A stretch of 63,944 bases of DNA, the filler included, from Rhabdomonas costata (lineage: Eukaryota): the NCBI GenBank assembly GCA_019059605.1. It is 26 parts of 26 records of this genome, joined end to end, with 100 filler letters (N's around TTAATTAATTAA, not from the genome) between each part and the next. Parts side by side here need not be neighbours in the genome. Positions count along the whole stretch, not along the records: positions 59,123 to 61,483 come from JAHMHO010003809.1; positions 61,584 to 63,944 come from JAHMHO010003810.1; 24 more parts are not named here. The stretch is one strand, 5' to 3'. Both the position numbers and the translations under genes were made by a program. Each line of letters opens with the position of its first letter. Within the stretch, counting starts at the first letter, position 1. Below are positions 60,506 to 63,944 of the stretch, one piece after another. The notes under the pieces were generated by a model. It made no database searches. It was not told the origin of the DNA and was given only the letters and a program-made list of their open reading frames with translations.

Positions 60506-61483
60506 TCAGAGGTACTTCCCGATGAAGGCCATCACGCCAGCCCCAGTCCACAGCGCCGCGAACATGCCCGCCCGCAGCAGCGGCTCGTGCTTCTTGTCCT
60601 TGCAGTGCGTGTCCAGGTCGCACCGGAAGTCGTTGAGGAGCATCGTGAAGCCAATGTACAGCAGGATCCCCGCACACACGGAGTCGAAGACCCCCTGCAC
60701 CACAGTGTAGACCTCCCCGCTGAGGTTCATGCTGCTGTACAGCGCCACCCCAACGGCCGCACCCACCGGCGCCGCAATGGAGAACACCACGGAAAGGATC
60801 AACTCGTGCCAATGGGACGGCAGGCAGGCGTCCGCGATCCTCGCCCCCAGCGCCATCCCCTCGAAGAACTGGTGGAAGCACAGCGCCACCAGAAGACCCC
60901 GCAGCTCGTCGTCCCCCACCACGCCCACCGCAAGCCCCACGAACACGCTGTGCACCGTCACCCCGAACTCCAGCATGTACGCCTCCACCACCTTCTTCTG
61001 GCTCTCCTTGGTCTTCTGCACGTCCAGCACCATGATGGTGTGGCAGTGCCCCATCTCCCCGGCGCCGTTGCCGCCGCCGTGGCTGTGGCCCACTTCTATC
61101 GAGCTGGTCTCGTAGAAACGGCTCACCAGGTAGTCCAGGAAGTGCATCACAATGCTGGCCAGCATAGTGAAGAGGTAGGCGTAGGCGGTGTAGTCCGTCA
61201 GCATCTGCGGGAGGCAGGCCGTGTTGGACAGCGACTCCGCCGCGGGCTGCAACATGTGCACCAGCGCACAGGCCAGGATGATCCCAATGCCCACACACTT
61301 GCCCAGCACGATGACGAACGGATGAACTTTTAGCATGGGGACGTACTTGCCCATCAAGGGCAGCGCCGCGCCCAGCAGCGACGCCGCCAAAATGATCACC
61401 ACCGCTCCAACATGCAGGCCCCGGTCGTAGCCCGTCGGTGTGCTGGCCGCGCAGGGGTCGGCGTTGGCGTCGCACCCACACAA
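60506..61483 (-). CDS. ZIP-family zinc/iron permease, 5' partial, no intron in this span
   Basis: 325-codon frame with LHVGAVVIIL, GIILACALVHML, a His-rich loop, LEFGVTVHSVFVG, ALCFHQFFEGMALG, DSVCAGILLY and MAFIGKYL*. Confidence 0.96.
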   Translation of the reverse strand: MCGCDANADPCAASTPTGYDRGLHVGAVVIILAASLLGAALPLMGKYVPMLKVHPFVIVLGKCVGIGIILACALVHMLQPAAESLSNTACLPQMLTDYTAYAYLFTMLASIVMHFLDYLVSRFYETSSIEVGHSHGGGNGAGEMGHCHTIMVLDVQKTKESQKKVVEAYMLEFGVTVHSVFVGLAVGVVGDDELRGLLVALCFHQFFEGMALGARIADACLPSHWHELILSVVFSIAAPVGAAVGVALYSSMNLSGEVYTVVQGVFDSVCAGILLYIGFTMLLNDFRCDLDTHCKDKKHEPLLRAGMFAALWTGAGVMAFIGKYL

Positions 61484-61591
61484 NNNNNNNNNNNNNNNNN
61501 NNNNNNNNNNNNNNNNNNNNNNNNNNNTTAATTAATTAANNNNNNNNNNNNNNNNNNNNNNNNNNNNNNNNNNNNNNNNNNNNGTGTGTGT

Positions 61592-63090
61592 TGTCAGCTC
61601 TGCCACCTTGCGGACGTAGTTGTGCCTCTTCTCCGTCCTCAGCCGGGCAAACCGCAGCGCGGACTGCCCGCCCTTCCCGTGCTTCTTCGGGAGGTCCACG
61701 GTGAACTTGTGCACCACCTCCCGGGTGTTGCCGCACAGCGTGCCAAACAGGCAGCCGTTGCCATCCATCACAATGAACCCGAACTTGTCATCGCTCTCAA
61801 GCATTTCAGAGAGAACCTGGGTGTGGAATGTGTTGTGGCAGAGGTACATCGACCGCGGCACGGGCTTGAAGGGCTGGATGTCCATCGTAATCTTCTTCTC
61901 ACGGTCCCCGTCCATCATCACGGTGCCGGAGTAGATGATCAGCCCATTGGGAGGCACGCGGTTGTAAAGCTTCAGCCTCTGCTGCACAGAGGTGATTGCC
62001 GTCATCACGGAAACCTGAAGCGGACGGGAAGCAAACCCTAACCCTGAGTCCTGAGGCCAGATAACCGTTCCCATGCAGCATAGCACTCCAAACCCAAAAT
62101 CCACCCCGTTTCGGCAGTGAGGCCAGCGAGTGTGGTTTTTCAAAAGCAGAATCTTATTATTGTCTTGAATTGTTAAAATATCGGAGAGAGCACGGTGGAC
62201 CCGCTCCGCCTGCCATTTCCTTAGACACAACTTCGACACCACCTTCCATATATGGCCAACACAACATAACATTCAACACATTTAATGTTCATTTTTTTGG
62301 GTACAAGGTACTGAAAATAACAACGGTCCTCACAAAACGAATGCGACACGAAAACAGCTCAAACGGTGCTCAACCTGCAACTGTGTGTGTGTACTGCCCT
62401 CCGGCGCTTTGAAAGGAGGCAAGTCGGTTAGCAGGCACCCTTCACAGCCGCAAAGCAACTTCCTTTGAAATTCTATACGCTACGCAAAAAAGGGAGATCC
62501 CAACACGACGCCCAGTGTTCAAGTCCAGCCCAAACAACAACGGCACATAAGCAAGAAGAGCAACCGAGACAAAGCGCCAAGCAAAACAAAATGGGAGATT
62601 GGAGCAGTGGTCGAAGAATAGGGTCGAAGAATGGAGAACAGAAAGGAAAAAGTTGCAAGCTGCAAACGTGGTGATGGAGGCAGGTATATATTAGAGAACA
62701 CAACGCAAAATTGCATCGCAAAACACTAGCAAGACACGGACACATAACAACAACACGGAACCCAATAGCACTGTGCTCATGCCCTTGCCCATGCGATGAT
62801 GTGTGGAACTGCCACCTTCCCACGCACACATAGTAAGGGACGCAGTTTGGAGATAGACAAAAATGACCCCTCACCTTGTTGACGTGCGACTTGATGTTAG
62901 TGGCCGTGCCGTACTCCTCAGTCAGCTTCTTCGCCATGAGGGAGATCTGGTCCTTCGGGGTCAGCATGACGGTGATCATACTGGTCCCGTTGCCATGGGC
63001 AGACTCGAGCTGCCGGATCAGCTTCTTCATCTTCCACTTCTCGACCTCCCGCTCCATGGCCTCCTCCTCCATCTTCGTCTTGTCGGCCAT
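61592..63090 (-). CDS. ETF1: Eukaryotic peptide chain release factor 1, 3' partial, 2 exons
   Basis: Exons 63090-62875 and 62014-~61592 (GT-AG) give [22 protein letters not shown] and [19 protein letters not shown]. Confidence 0.97.
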
Positions 63091-63944
63091 TTCGCGTCAA
63101 ACGGAGACGGGGCGGGCAGGCAAAACCCCCAAAAAGGTCCCACCACCAAAAGCGAAAAGCCAACAACGTGCACAAAAAAGGAGACCTGTGAATGAAACGA
63201 TGCCCCCACCCCACCTCAATCACACCACCAATTTTACCTCTCGCTGCTTCTTACAACCGAACTCCTCCCTTAGGGGTTCCCCTCGTTAAGATCACTTTGA
63301 ACGAGTACAAAGATGGCAACAACAGCCCTCTTGCTTCTTGCAGGAGATGTTCCCAAAGAAATCGCTCACAGGGAGCTCGCAGAGAGCTCGCAGCAGAGAC
63401 AAGAGAGATCAGAGAAAAGACAGCGGAGTGGGCAAATCGAATCGGGCGTTGGAGCTGTCATACTTTTATGGTGCAAACATCCAGAACATGGCGCAACCCT
63501 CCTGTACGATTGCCTCAGGGGTATGACTGGTTGAACCTGAACCCACACCCCCACTCTCCTTCTCCAATAGGTTGCCTGACATTGGCCTCATCGCACACAG
63601 CAGTTGTGGCAAACAAAAAGGCGCGGAAGCTTTTGTGAACGCAACATCATCAACACGGGCATGTAAAAAACAGGGACAGGGGCAAGGGCGAAGTACAGAT
63701 GCGGATGCGGAGACAAGGGCGAGCCTCAAAGTTTGTTCTTGCAAAAGACTGAACGGGTTAGAACTATGATTCAGAGGCGAGCTCCAACAACCAGGAGGCT
63801 GACATGCCCACATGCTGAAAACCACGACGAGGACTCTTACTGTTGACGCGGGCAGAAGACCATTCGTCTCCACTTTCAGCTGTTAATGATACTCGCGTAA
63901 GCCAAAAAGAACCAAACCAAACCAAACCAAAAAAAACCAACAAA

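Noticed and set aside
60063..61481. Long overlapping ORFs (60149-61333 +, 60408-61481 -, 60063-60710 +)
   Set aside because: These are shadow frames of the high-GC3 ZIP gene and have no recognisable motifs.
2366..61583. Regularly spaced TTAATTAATTAA motif as a biological periodic repeat or CRISPR-like array
   Set aside because: It is always embedded in exactly 44+44 Ns. It is a synthetic six-frame stop linker.
1..63944. Gene cluster or operon-like system made of the neighbouring genes
   Set aside because: The neighbours lie on separate contigs ordered by length, so adjacency is artificial.
1..63944. rRNA, tRNA, spliced-leader RNA genes and classic CAG/CTG-paired euglenid non-conventional introns
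   Set aside because: None recognised by eye. All well-supported junctions are GT-AG or GC-AG. Covariance-model searches would be needed to exclude RNA genes.

Overview
This is not a contiguous locus. It is 26 unrelated contigs of about 2.36 kb each, joined by 25 artificial 100-nt spacers (N44-TTAATTAATTAA-N44), so adjacency across spacers carries no meaning. Most contigs start with about 10 G/T-only bases or end with about 10 A/C-only bases, the footprint of G/T-primer whole-genome amplification. The DNA is an intron-rich eukaryotic nuclear genome; the eRF1 sequence and the GTNTG-like donor consensus suggest a euglenozoan, probably a euglenid (inference). By splicing exons by hand I reconstructed partial genes for: a His-Asp receiver domain, a sphingomyelinase-like phosphodiesterase, an MFS transporter, a coiled-coil/PDZ protein, a polycystin-2-like channel, a DAG-lipase-like enzyme, a SAM methyltransferase, a MAP2K, a DUF1848 protein, a ULK/ATG1-like kinase, Brr2, an adenylate-kinase-like protein, a DET1-like phosphatase, an ART-like domain, a TM-RING protein, a CCCH zinc finger, a UBA protein, a GMC oxidoreductase, MATE and ZIP transporters, and eRF1. 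There is also a decayed Merlin transposase and several palindromes. The most notable signals are recurrent AAG|GC (GC-AG) introns with a non-standard donor consensus, an intronless prokaryote-type DUF1848 gene on a host-repeat-bearing contig (split by an inversion), an eRF1 with an altered YxCxxxF motif, and two kinases with unusual regulatory motifs. I found no evidence for a multi-gene novel system, and the fragmentation would largely hide one. All family assignments are from motif recognition, not database searches.
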